DNA of 63,229 bases, counting the filler, from Reticulomyxa filosa (Eukaryota > Protista > Foraminifera): NCBI GenBank assembly GCA_000512085.1. It is 23 parts of 23 records of this genome, joined end to end, with 100 filler letters (N's around TTAATTAATTAA, not from the genome) between each part and the next. Parts side by side here need not be neighbours in the genome. Positions count along the whole stretch, not along the records: positions 1 to 8,484 come from ASPP01008236.1; positions 8,585 to 10,022 come from ASPP01018556.1; positions 10,123 to 11,914 come from ASPP01005445.1; 20 more parts are not named here. One strand, given 5' to 3'. Positions within the stretch are counted from its first letter, which is position 1; each line of letters begins with the position of its first letter. The notes below the pieces were generated by a model that saw only the letters and a program-made list of their open reading frames with translations, did not search any database and was not told the origin of the DNA. Shown here piece by piece: positions 1 through 11,914 of the stretch. Both the position numbers and the translations under genes were made by a program.

Positions 1-73
1 AAAAAAAAAAAAAAAGAAAAGCAAACTTGGACTTATCTCTTAGAGAACAAGAGAGAGAGAGATACTGAGGACA

Positions 74-498
74 TCACTTGTCCTCCATATATATATATAT
101 ATTTTTTTTTTTTTTGATTGAAGAGACCTCTTCAAATAAAATAACAGACAGTAAAAAAGTAAACTCGTCATTATCCGACGATATTACCGGACGCGATTGT
201 TTTCGAGACAATCGACTTCGACTCGGGCGACTGGTGACACTTTTATCTCGCTCGAGTGGCGATGGTGTTTCATTGGCAACCGGAGACGGACTACTAGTGT
301 CCTTTTCCCTCACCTCGGCATTTTGGTTGAAGCTGACCAATACTTCAATGGCCTTCGTGGTGTCTCCGTCAAACTGTTCCAAAGTGGCTTCAATCAGCTC
401 TCTGTCCACATTTTCAAATAGTCTTTCAAGTGCAGTTACAGCTGGAGTGGTTTCTCGTTTTTCCAATTCGTCTTCGATACCTGCACTTTTGTTACTGC

Positions 499-543
<45 letters not shown>

Positions 544-1607
544 TATTAGTAGTATTATCACGGTCACTGTTATTCTTATTATTACTATCATTACTATTAT
601 CATTGTCATTACCATTGCTTTTATTCGCGTGTTGTTTGTTTGTTTCTGCTGTAGCATTGTTGGGTTTGTTTTCTGTCGCTGTTGTGATTGTTGTTTGAGT
701 TTCATTGTTTATGTCATTCTTTTTGCCATTCGTATCTGACGTGGCTGTTGCTTGTTTGATTTCTGTGCGTTGCTCTGTTGATATCGCCGCGCTATGGTAC
801 GGAGCATTAAAGTCGCCATACGCTTTGCGCACATCACTTACACTTTCTGTCTTGTCCTTTTCGACTTCGATCAACTCGCTCTCGCCACGACACAAACGGT
901 TGATATTGTGGTAATATAGCAAGTCTTTATCGTCATTCGTTTCTTGCATCCAAATAAAGAATTTTCGATTATTTGCTAGCATTCTGTTTCAAATATTACC
1001 ACTCAAAAAAAATTTTTTTTTTGTTGCCCCCCTTTCCTCCCCCCCCCCCCCCTTCTCCCCAAAGATAAATTTGACTCTGGACAATATGCCGAAAAAAAAA
1101 ATTATCACAAAAATAAAATACCTCAAAACAAATACTCTTCCATCTGAGCATTCGTGTACTTTTTCAAACACTGCCGTGCTTGGGAAAATCAGGATGTCAG
1201 TTTCGACAGCATTCGACATGCGGCTGACCCATTGAAAATGAATTAGCTCATCCAGTGTCTTCTCTCATATGCAAAATATATGTGTATACCGATTTAAAAA
1301 AAAAAACAATGTTTGTACACCCCAAAGGAATACCCAAGAAAACACCCAAAAAAATTTGTAAATCTCCCAAACTCGAACGACTCGAACCATCCCTGGAATG
1401 GCTTCAGCTGTTACAATACGTGTTGACTCGTCGAATCTTGCTTTCCCAGCTTTAAAGGAAACTAATACGTCTTTTGACGTTGTTAGCACCAAACCAAAGA
1501 AATTTTTTTATCCAAAAACAATACAAACAAAAAACAAATACCACATTACTTTCTTCTGCTGGCCGTCGACCAAGCAACTGCTGAACAAGATATTGATCCA
1601 GGTTCAT
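74..1607 (-). CDS. RPN13: Proteasomal ubiquitin receptor Rpn13/ADRM1-like protein (PRU domain, Asn-rich linker, CUE-like domain); multi-exon, 3' end uncertain
   Basis: Spliced exons read MNLDQYLVQQLLGRRPAEE-NVLVSFKAGKARFDESTRIVTAEAIPGMVRVVR-TLDELIHFQWVSRMSNAVETDILIFPSTAVFEKVHECSDGRVFVLR-MLANNRKFFIWMQE, matching the PRU signature (EFRAGK...LIHFCW...DLIIFP...GRVYVLK...FFWMQE). ATG at 1607. Confidence 0.85.
500..620. repeat. (ATT)n-type microsatellite encoding poly-Asn in the Rpn13-like gene
   Basis: Direct ATT tandem run, read as AAT (Asn) on the minus strand. Confidence 0.9.
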
Positions 1608-2035
1608 GTTTTTTTTTCTCCCTTCCCACTAGTATTTTTTTTTCTTCAAGTACTTAAAAAGCAGAAATTATATGAACTTCTTTATAAACAAAGTCACCAA
1701 AAAACTGAGAGCTTTAAGATAAACAAAGTGCCAAATTTGAGTAGGAACTTTTCTAACTTTGGTAACTGTAATATGTCAAAAAAAAAATAAAGAATTTATG
1801 AACAAAATTATGCAAATTTGGAATCGTTATTAAAATCCTTTTCCTTCGACATTGTAAAGTGCATCAGGGATAAGAGAGTAAAGCACACCAAGAGAAATGA
1901 GCTTTTTAAGTGGTTAAAATAGAAAATATGAAGAATTGTGCATTTTGAAAAAGAACTGCTTCTGAACAAGTGCAAGAAAACAGCAAATGTTTGGACCAAG
2001 AAGAGGAATAACTAAAAATGACAAAATGGCATTGA

Positions 2036-2576
2036 TTATTTATCCGAATTGTTGATATCAGAAGATAATGATTGTTCGAATAACTCCTCGTCGCCATAAA
2101 GTTCACAAAATCGATGGGAAACCAATAATCGTCGACGATACTCACTGACAGAACAAACAATAGCAATGATTATTAAAAAATACAATAAATTTTTGCCCTT
2201 TGAAGCCTCTTGAAAAGTAAAGATGTCCAAAACTCGTTCATTTTACAGCGAGCGTATGCCATTTTTAAATCTGTGCATCTCCACGGAAGATACCAAGTCT
2301 TCTTTTGACATCTTCTCATTGGTATAAATAAATGTACACAGTAGTCTCTTGCCCTTGCCGGTACACCAAGTCTTTCACAGTCACTCTCACTGATGCGCAT
2401 TACTTTTTATTTTGTTCACCAAAAAGAAAAACTTTCATTCTACGTTTCGTTGGGAGTAACTTTGTGTGTGTATTTTTTCGGTGACCATGTTTTTTTTCTG
2501 TATCTCTCAGATATTCTGTATCCAAATCCAAGTCTTGGAACTCTTTTTCAGCATTTGGAGCAAGCCATGCCGACAT
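2036..2576 (-). CDS. NDUFB7: Complex I subunit NDUFB7 (B18), copy A, 3 exons
   Basis: MRISESDCERLGVPARARDYCVHLFIPMRRCQKKTWYLPWRCTDLKMAYARC contains the RDYCxH motif and twin CX9C-type cysteines. Two GT-AG introns join MSAWL...KKH-VMR and ND-EYRRR. Confidence 0.85.
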
Positions 2577-2802
2577 GACTGCCAATGTCTCCGAAGTAAA
2601 AAAAGTAAGTTTTTTTTAAAGTAATTGAACCCTTTACATTACCTTTGTTTATCTTGCTTTTAGTCACAAGTCCACAACTTTTTGTGCAAGTGATCACAGC
2701 TTTACAATCAAGGATCACTTGATTAAAAGAAAAATTTTCAAAAGGGTTTATTCTAAGAGCAAGAATTTTTTAACAAGGCAATCCTTAATTGCAATACACA
2801 AT

Positions 2803-3412
2803 ATGCCTTTTTTCTCTCAAGCTGCCTCCAATGGCAAACGAATCGAGGATGCATGGACTGATCTTGACTTGGACACAGAATATCTGAGAGATCCAACGAA
2901 AAAACACGGTCAGGTTTTTCTTTTCTGTTACTATCGTGTGCCGAGATATGCTTATATGTGAAGAGTAAAAGAAAGGGATGCTTTTCGTTCAATAACAATA
3001 ACAAAAAGTGATGCGAGTGAGCGAAAAAGATTGTGAACGACTGGGAGTGCCCGGGCACATGAGAGATTATTGCTCTCATATTTTAATACCAATGCTGAAA
3101 TGCCAGAGAGTGACTAAATTTAATCCGTGGAGATGTGCTGATTTAAGAATGGCCTACAATCGTTGCCAAGCAAATGAGTTGCGCTGCATAGTGTTTTTTG
3201 ATGTTTTAGTTTATGTATTTATATGTACTTTCAACAAATACATATACACGTATTTGATTGTTTTCAGCTATTATCGACGAAGAGCAATAGTATCTCGTCG
3301 CTTTTATGAATTGTACGGCATTGATGATATGCACGATCATCATAAAAACTTTGATCCGTCTTCACACAATATCTTTGATCCTGATGCTCACAAACATGGC
3401 CATGGACACTAA
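2803..3412 (+). CDS. NDUFB7: Complex I subunit NDUFB7 (B18), copy B, 3 exons
   Basis: MRVSEKDCERLGVPGHMRDYCSHILIPMLKCQRVTKFNPWRCADLRMAYNRC; same two intron positions as copy A; His-rich C-terminal tail. Confidence 0.85.
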
Positions 3413-4253
3413 AACAAAACGGTCAATATTTGTGTGTGACTGCTTGTTCGTTTTCTTGGTGGTTTAAATTCTTCATTCACTTGTTCATTCCCAAGACAAA
3501 TTTTCAGGTTTTTTGCCCCACCCTATAATAGGTTGTTGTAAGATGACAACTTGAGCGAAAGGAAACAAGAGCAAGAAAATTGGGTGCTTTTTTTTTTTCT
3601 TTCTTTGTCTTGGCCGATGTTCGTAATAAAGGTGAATTCATTTTCTGAGTATCTCCACAATCAAAAAACTAGTGACACTTTTTGGCTATATTTTTATAAC
3701 AGCCCTAATCGCAATTTGTTCACAATATAACCCCTCAGGCTTTAGTTTTAAATTTTGTGAAACGGTAACTAAAAGTAGTTGAACAGGCAATTTAAGTGTA
3801 TGATCTTGGCCAAAGTGATCGGACAAAAAAATTTGTGATTAAAAGGAAGCAAAAACTTGAAGTTAAAGTAATCAATAATTGAATCTAAAAAAGGGAACAG
3901 TCAAAAAAGCCGCAATTTTCATTATATTTGTCAATTTTCAAAAAAGTTATCCTAAAAAATGTCATGGGCAATTTTATTTGCTACAAAATGGAAAATGGAT
4001 GAAAAGCAAAAAAAAAAAACATTTGGATGCGTTTTCAAACAAATTATCTAAAGCCAGCTCTACAGTAGTGATATGTTAGGAAATCGAACAAAAAAAAAGA
4101 ATGAAACAATAGAAGAAAAAAACTTTTTTTTTTTTTTTAAAAAAAAAAGAGCTAAAACTTTGTGTAATAACAAACCACCGTATCGTACGACGATCAATCC
4201 AAAACACAAAAGTTTTTCTCGTCTGTGTTTAGGTCTTGTTGATGGAGTGCACT

Positions 4254-5104
4254 TTAAGAATCAATAATGTGTTTCAAATGCGAGTACGAAAGTAGGTGTA
4301 CTTCACATTCGTTATTGGTTCTTGTGCAAACAGCAGGAACAAATCGTAAAGGGATATCTTTCCATTTTTCTTTCAAATAAGTGATATTGTTATGACAAAT
4401 TTCAATTTCCCGTGTATCAAAGTTTGCAAAAAATTGAAATTGATCATTGGCTGCCAAAGGTGTTTTCAAATTGGTTGACAACATGTTCTTCGTTCCTAAA
4501 TCCATTCCAAAATAATGTGATGCCACAGAGCTTAGATATGATTCATTCAATGTATTTAATTCAAATGTGAGTGGATATTTACAATTCCCATGTACCTTTA
4601 TTAATGCATCTCACAACCAAAAAAAATAAAAAAATAATTTTTTTTGAATGCTATTATTATTGCTATGAACATCATTTCCTTCCTTTTTTTTTTTTTCTCC
4701 CTATCATACCAACTGGCATGACAGACATCATGCATAGCAAATTCCCATGCAAATGTGTGCATTCCTCGAGCCAAATATTCTGGTATATCAATCACGTCTC
4801 TCAACAATGCTATACAATGGCTGGTGCCTGAATTTATTGCAAATTGTACACGATTTGGCTTCACTGTTGTCACATCCAATCCTCTCCACTCTTCGCTAAA
4901 TTCTAATTCGATTCGATGAGAAAACAGGCATATCAGCTCAATCAACTCTTTTGGGAACATACTCAGAGTGCTTTTTTGCTTTGCTTTGTTCTTTTTTGAG
5001 TCTTTCGCGATATTGTTCACCCATACTTGGATTACCTGTTCATGTTTTGCCTTTAACGGCTTATCCATGTTTTTCCTTAAAAGCTGGATGAAATTATCAT
5101 TCAT
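4254..5104 (-). CDS. Hypothetical protein with F-box-like helix motif and SPRY/B30.2-like beta domain; intron boundaries uncertain
   Basis: FPKELIELICLF motif followed by beta-rich segments (GMHTFAWEF; NDQFQFFANFDTREIEI; RFVPAVC) resembling a SPRY fold. Two same-strand ORFs separated by an intron-like tract. Confidence 0.45.
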
Positions 5105-6492
5105 CTTTTCTTTAATTTTGTTAGAAATATTGCTTTGTTTTTATTGGAAATGTTTTGATGAACTTTATTGTTTTTTTGAAGTTACTGTCGAAACATGTAA
5201 CCAAACTCTTTTTTTGCAAGTTTAAAAAGATATTTTTGAGTTTCTACAATACACTATCAGACATTGAAAGAAGCACAATAGTAAATGGCATGTATAATAA
5301 ATTTTACAAGCAATAGATTTCATAAAAAAACTGGAAATCTAAAATGTCACATTATAAAAGTAATTAATCTTCTCAATGAAAAACAAATAAAATCTATTTT
5401 TTTTAAACAGTCTTTATTTATACTAAAAAGTTACTAAAAAGCCAGCTTCATATTTAAAACTACTATATCATATATATTTTTGCAAGTTTTTTGTATTGAT
5501 TTGAATCTTTCATTAAAAAAAAACTTTTAGATTAGCACAATTGCAATTTAAGCATATATAATTATCGAGCTGAAATACACAATGTAATTAATAATTTAAA
5601 TCTGAATGAATAAGACAATTTTGTGATCTGATTGATGAAAAATTTATATGTGAAATACACACAAATTGCGACTATGTATAGCATAACTTATTGTATATGA
5701 TATAGATAGTCATGCAAAAAATTTTGTGAAATTTGATCTTTCGTTACATATTCGCCGTAATAAAGAAATCATCATAGCAAAATTTGTAAGCTTCTAATGA
5801 AAAAATATATTATGATGATATTTAAATTGATTGTAGTTATTGATGTCGTTGTCATTGTGTTGATGTACCGTTATTCTTATTCTTCTTGTTGTAATCGTTT
5901 TCCAAAGATTTTTTTTTCATTTGCTAAAAAAACTAAAATAAAAACGAACAAAAATTTACACTAAAATAACAGTATGAATTAATTATAACGTAAAATTTTA
6001 AAATTTTAATAAAGAAACAATATACTAATTCATTTTTATATTGTACATATTAATATATTTATTTATTACCAATTAATAAATATATTATATTTTATGTTAT
6101 ATATACAAAATTTTGTACATGCTTCAAGCTTTTTTTAATTAAATAGTGTAATTTCTTTTAAAAGATGAAATCAAAAATAATCATTACAATTTCAAATCTA
6201 CCAAAAAACATATTACAACTACAAAATTACATAAAAAATTTAATTAAGGTGAAATTTTGACGTTATAATAATGTGAATTTTATTTGTTGTGGACAGTTTG
6301 GACTTTCATTTTTATTCATTGCTTCGTTAAATAAATAAGATCAAAATTTTTATTGCTACGTTTATACAATTTCGTTCAAAAAATTGGGAAACATATAATA
6401 AGAAATTTGGTTGAACAAGTTGAACTAGAAAAACTTTGTTGTTCCCTTTTTTTGGGACTGAAAGAGATAATAACTATCAAGAATCAAGAAGC

Positions 6493-7746
6493 ATGGTGAT
6501 CATCCGCCAAGCAACAGTAAGTGGTGCTTTGTGTCAGTACCAAAGATATTAATGGTTGTAAATCAATAAACAAAATGTGTTTTGTGTTGGCAACTTGTGA
6601 ACAATCAAAAAAGATGAATGACATCGTTGAAATGCAACATTGCAACTTGCAATGTCTGCCAGAGAACTACGAATTACGTTATTATTTGTATCACATCATA
6701 TCATGGCCACAATTGTTGTTTGTGGCAGAAGAAGAGGGAACTGGTAAACTTCTGTCTCTCAAAGATCACCAAATGTTGTTTTTTGTGTTGTTGTTTTTTT
6801 TCTCCCGAAAACCCGTGATTGTATCTATTTTGATAAATTTCCTAATTGAGAGAATAATTTGAATAAATGTGTACAAATCATACACAACAACATCGAAGGT
6901 GTACAAAGTGCAAAAAAAAAAAAAAAAAAAGGCAAAATTGTTGGCTACGTGTTAGCAAAAATGGAAGAAGAGCCAAAAGAAAATGAGAAAGGAACATTTG
7001 TGGTGAATGCAAAAAAAAATACTGGCGCATCAAACAAGCGATTGGAAGAACTAAAAAAAAGGAGAGACGCAAAACTCAAAAAAAAAGGGGGCAAAGACAA
7101 CAAAGGTGACAAGGATGACGATAAAGAAAACAGCGAAATGGACCAAACAATGGAAAAATCGGATGAACTCATGTGCGATCGCTCCACAAAATGGTTTCAT
7201 GGCCACATTACTTCGTTGGCCGTGTTACGATCTCACCGAAAATTGGGATTAGCGACCAAACTAATGAGGGCAACCGAAAAGCAAATGACTGACGTTAATT
7301 TTGTGTGGAAAAAAAAAAGTTAAATTTGGAATTGATGAAGTCAACACAAAAAAAAAAATTGAACCCATATGAGATGTTCCCTTTTTTTTCCTCCCCCCCC
7401 TCTTTCTTGACCCCTCCCACATTTGAATAGATCTATGACGCAGACTATGTCAGTTTACATGTTAGAGAAACCAATCATGCTGCTTATCATTTATACTCGC
7501 AAACCTTACACTTTCGAAAAACTCGCGTTGAAAAAGAATACTATGCTGATAAAGAAGAGTTTTGTATGGAATTATGTGCAGGGAGTTTTTAAAAAAATAT
7601 TCAATCATGTATCGACTTTCACTCTGCTTTTTTTTTTGCTTGTTTGTTTGGTGTTTGCAATCAGTGCCTTTGACATGCGCAAACCATTGAACGAGGCTTA
7701 CAGAACTTCCCTTGAGAAACTCATCAAAGAAAATAAGATTGTTTGA
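6493..7746 (+). CDS. NAA10: N-alpha-acetyltransferase 10 (NatA catalytic subunit), 5 exons
   Basis: [42 protein letters not shown]...[12 protein letters not shown]...[23 protein letters not shown]...[17 protein letters not shown]...YYADKEDAFDM; four GT-AG introns restore the frame. Confidence 0.95.
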
Positions 7747-8484
7747 TAGTTTGTATTATCCCAAGGAATAACTTTAAAATAACTGCGGATTGAATTAAGT
7801 GTGGTTTCTTTTCGCACTTGGCGTTATTTTTGCTCAAAATGCACAATGATTATGTCATTTGTTAAACATGTGAAACAATCCATGGACACAAGACATGTGA
7901 TAAAAAAATCAATAAGGGCTTTTACTTTGCAGTTTTTGATACTTAAATTTCAAAGCGATGAAAAAGTTTAAATGGATTCTGCACTTTCTAATAGTGTCTG
8001 CCAACGAAAAACTGAACAAAATGCACGAATGATCAATTTTATCTTACATAATATTTTAAAAATAAACTTTTTAAGTCTTGGAATAAAGAACGTTTGCAGA
8101 CGAAAAATAAAAAAGTTCTATTGCAAGGTATACAAATTAAAACAATATTTATGTTTATTACTACATTAAAATATTCTCCAGCAGATTATGTGATGTAGTG
8201 TGAATTCTTTTTAGCATTGAGCGATAGCCGAACACTTTGTGTTCAGCAACAACTAAAATTGATAAGTAAATGTTACAAAATATTATTTTTTTTGTACAAT
8301 AAACATAGTAAGTTTATGAACCCTTTTTTTTTTTTTTTAAAGCTTCTTGTTGTTTCATCGTTAATTTGTAAAAAGAAAAAACGATGTTTAATCTAAAAGG
8401 AAAAAAATGTTTGAAAGTAATGAGAGCCCACACGCGCCCACACTAGAAAAAGTAAATGATGAAAAACATCATGAAGAAGCGGCA

Positions 8485-8584
8485 NNNNNNNNNNNNNNNN
8501 NNNNNNNNNNNNNNNNNNNNNNNNNNNNTTAATTAATTAANNNNNNNNNNNNNNNNNNNNNNNNNNNNNNNNNNNNNNNNNNNN
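8485..8584. other. Artificial contig linker (44 N + TTAATTAATTAA + 44 N); first of 22 identical spacers
   Basis: Identical 100-bp spacer with stops in all six frames. Copies start at 8485, 10023, 11915, 13569, 18823, 23723, 28211, 29338, 30984, 35796, 37049, 38248, 39348, 40673, 43161, 45918, 47204, 48914, 53007, 55128, 60231 and 62061. Confidence 0.98.
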
Positions 8585-9474
8585 GGCCTTGTTGCAGAAA
8601 AAGCCTGTGACAGCGTGATCTCGCTGGGCGGCGGCTCGCCGCACGACTGCGCCAAAGCCATCGCGCTGGTGGCGGTGAATGGCGGCAAGATCCAGGATTA
8701 CGAAGGCGTGGACAAATCGGCCAAGCCGCAGCTGCCGCTGGTGGCGATCAACACCACCGCCGGCACCGCCAGCGAAATGACCCGCTTCTGCATCATTACC
8801 GACGAGTCGCGCCACATCAAAATGGCCATCGTCGACAAGCACACCACGCCCATCCTGTCGGTAAACGACCCGGAAACCATGGTTGGCATGCCGGCCAGCC
8901 TGACCGCCGCCACCGGCATGGACGCGCTGACGCATGCGGTGGAAGCCTATGTCTCGACTGCGGCCAACCCGATTACCGACGCCTGCGCACTGAAAGCGGT
9001 CAGCCTGATTGCGGCCAACCTGCGTGCCGCCGTCAGCAACGGCAAGGACATGGCTGCGCGCGAGCAGATGGCTTACGCCCAGTTCCTGGCCGGCATGGCG
9101 TTCAATAATGCGTCGCTGGGCTATGTGCACGCGATGGCGCACCAGCTGGGCGGCTTCTACGACCTGCCGCACGGCGTGTGCAACGCGGTACTGCTGCCGC
9201 ATGTGCAGGCGTTCAATGCCCGCGTGGCATCGGCTCGCCTGGCCGACGTGGCGGTGGCGCTGGGCGTTCCGAGCCGACGGCTGACGCGGCACTGGCGGCT
9301 ATTCGTCAACTGGCGGCCGATGTCGGCATTCCGGCTGGCTTGACCCAGCTGGGGGTGAAAGACGAAGACATCGCTACGCTGGCGGCCAACGCGCTGAAAG
9401 ACGCTTGCGGCCTGACCAACCCGATCCAGCCGACGCAGGCCGAAGTAGAAGCGATTTATCGCGCTGCCTTGTAA
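8585..9474 (+). CDS. Bacterial iron-containing alcohol dehydrogenase, 5'-truncated, apparent frameshift near 9270
   Basis: [37 protein letters not shown] and HAMAHQLGG...HGVCNA motifs. The C-terminus ([24 protein letters not shown]...YRAAL) is in another frame. High GC. Confidence 0.93.
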
Positions 9475-9499
9475 GCGGGTAGCCTTATCGGGTAGTGCC

Positions 9500-9529
9500 A
9501 AAGCCGGTGCCTGTGCTACCGGCTTTTTT
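9500..9529 (+). terminator. Rho-independent terminator between the convergent ADH and LysR genes
   Basis: AAAGCCGGT-loop-ACCGGCTTT stem followed by a T run. Confidence 0.85.
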
Positions 9530-9544
9530 GCGTGCCGGCCAGGG

Positions 9545-10022
9545 CTAGGGCGCGGCCGCTCCGGCGGCCAGCATGGCGTCCACAAAAGCGGCAACCAGCG
9601 GCGAGGTGTCGCGTTCGCGCCAGGCCACGGTCAGCGTCATGTAGGCGTGGCTATCCAGCAGCGGCACATAGCAGATGCCGGACAGCTGCACGCACTGCAG
9701 CGGTGCCGGTAGTACCGCTACGCCCAGCCCGGCGTCCACCAGGCCGATCTGGGTGGTGGCTTCACCGGCCAGCTGGTGGACGCGCCACTCGAAACCTGCC
9801 TCGCGTGCCAGTTTTTCCAGGCGGCGGGTGAGCCAGTTGCCGCTGCTGGACGGGTAGCCGATGATGCGTTCGCCAGCCAGCTGTGTCAGGGCAATGCCGC
9901 TGCTGGCCGCCAGGGGGTGGTTGCGCGGCAGAACCGCGCACAGGCGGTCGCGCCGCACTTCGCGCAGCGCAATTCCCGGCGTGTCCTCTTCGCCATTGAA
10001 GCGCACTACGCCCACGTCCAGC
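9545..10022 (-). CDS. Bacterial LysR-family regulator, substrate-binding domain (5'-truncated)
   Basis: LDVGVVR...LCAVLPRNHPLA...LAGERIIGYP...GLVDAGLGVAVLP...AWRERDTSPLVAAFV. Confidence 0.9.
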
Positions 10023-10152
10023 NNNNNNNNNNNNNNNNNNNNNNNNNNNNNNNNNNNNNNNNNNNNTTAATTAATTAANNNNNNNNNNNNNNNNNNNNNN
10101 NNNNNNNNNNNNNNNNNNNNNNTCCCCTTTTTTTTTTTTGCATATAAAAAAT

Positions 10153-10662
10153 TCAAAAAAAGAACCTGGAATGCAACACAGCCCATTGCTGAGTAGTCCA
10201 TTTTTTGGAATCCGTAGATTTCCAATCAACGTATCCTTGAAGTACTTGAAATGGCATTTTGCAAACACATGGATTAATTTTGGCCGGATCTGGCGGTAAA
10301 AACATCTTCTTCTGATATTTCATTCGGATAAAATGTTCTCGAATTCTCTCACATTTGTCCCATTTCGGATTGATCCAATAACTTGGCAATAATGCTTCCC
10401 AAACACGTGCGTTGACCTTTTCGTTCCCACCAACTTTTTCAAATGTACGCACAACCTCATCTGTCCATGCATTCGTATCCAATCGGAACGATCGGATCTT
10501 ACTTATGTGTGTACCCATTGCCCGGTGAATACCTGCACATTTTATACACAACACTATTCCCAAATTCAATGATGCCCATCCTATGTCTTTGTTCAATTTC
10601 TCTCCACAATCGCCACAGCACATATTGCCGGGCAAGCCCATTATCCTTTCAATATTCTATTA
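10153..10662 (-). CDS. ArfGAP domain protein followed by a PH domain (centaurin-like), partial
   Basis: GNMCCGDCG...WASLNLGIVLCIKCAGIHRAMGTHISKIRS...W...GNEKVN...REHFIRMKY, then LQGYVDWKS...WTTQQWAVL (PH start). Confidence 0.9.
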
Positions 10663-11178
10663 TTTATTTTTTTTTCAGAAGCGTTTGCATATTGTCGTCA
10701 GTTCAACACAACAAAGCTTAATAAGAAACATAAAAAAAACAAAAAAAGCCATTTTTTCCAAATTGGCTTAGTATTCTTTTTCCCTCTGTAGATATCATTT
10801 TTACCTTTGAAGTCATCAGAATTCAGCAGGATAATTACCCGAGAATTTTTGCTCCCCAGGATTAATGACCCCCCAAACGTTCTCAAAAAATTTAATTTTT
10901 ATGATATTGTTGTTGCTAGGTATTTCATAAAGCTTTATCTTCAATTACCTTGATCTGTTTGTGAACAGCTCTTAGCATATTAATCAAAGTAAAGTTCAAC
11001 TTATTATATGATTTATTTGCTCTATGTTTAATTCATTTGTAAAGTATGCTGTCAAGAAAGGCCCAAGAAATGCAAATAAGCTCAACAAAGTAATTGAAAT
11101 AGTAACTCATTTCAGATCATAAACAAAAGGAGCTCAGCGTTTTAAATTTTTGTTTTTGTGAAAAAATTAAATACAATT

Positions 11179-11914
11179 TTAATAAGGTGAATAGTTGGGA
11201 TAATATGTCTGTCCTGGTGCTCGATATGGACCATACTAAAAAAAAAAAGAAAAAAGTTACTCGATTAAGTTTTATGGAAAAACACACAAAGAGTATACAA
11301 TACCGTAGCTGCTTGCATGGTAGATAAATCATAATATGGCGCATAATATGCGGGATCAGGATATCCATACGCACCATTGTACCCAACAGTGCTGACATTC
11401 ATAGGAACAGGGGGGTATGGCAAATTTGTATGCGTATAGCATCCTGAAGTGTTGCTGGCTTGTGTCCCGTCAACTGTCGAAGAATAGTACGTGGGCGTCG
11501 TATCATATTTGCGATTATAATTTGAGCCATAGCTGTGTGATTCCTCTTCCATCCGATACATGTCTATCTCACGTTTTGGTACAGCACGTTCAATGATAAT
11601 TCGGTTATCACCAATAAAACAAGGCCCACCATGCAGTGCACGCTCGCAATCTCTTGAATGCTCTGTTAAAAAAAAAAAAAGAGAAAAATTAAAAAAACAA
11701 ATAAGAAAGAGGGGAGGAGCCAAGAAAAGGGGGAATGAGAACATACCAAAGGTGACAAAGCCAAATCTTCTTGAACGACCTTCAGAATCGTACATCACGA
11801 CACTATCAGTGATATTGCCAAACTTTTTGAACTCATCATTCAATTGTTCTGCTCTGATATTTTCAGGAAGTGATCCAATAAATAATTTATTCGTTATTCT
11901 TTTTTTTTTTTTTT
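11179..11914 (-). CDS. RRM RNA-binding protein with Tyr/Pro-rich tail, 5'-truncated
   Basis: RNP2 KLFIGSLP and RNP1 RRFGFVTF; last exon YGPYRAPGQTYYPNYSPY-stop. Confidence 0.85.

Noticed and set aside
78-698. Plus-strand poly-Leu membrane protein ORF
   Set aside because: Antisense shadow of the poly-Asn microsatellite in the Rpn13-like gene.
9255-9290. Programmed frameshift or pseudogenisation of the bacterial ADH
   Set aside because: GGC GTTCC GAG CCG becomes in-frame GGC GTC GAG CCG if two homopolymer overcalls are removed; there is no slippery site, so sequencing error is more likely.
8585-10022. Horizontal transfer of bacterial genes into the eukaryote
   Set aside because: Bacterial sequence occupies whole contigs with no eukaryotic flank or introns.
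10123-11914. RRM-ArfGAP fusion
   Set aside because: The RRM gene has its own terminal exon and stop at ~11179; these are two separate genes.
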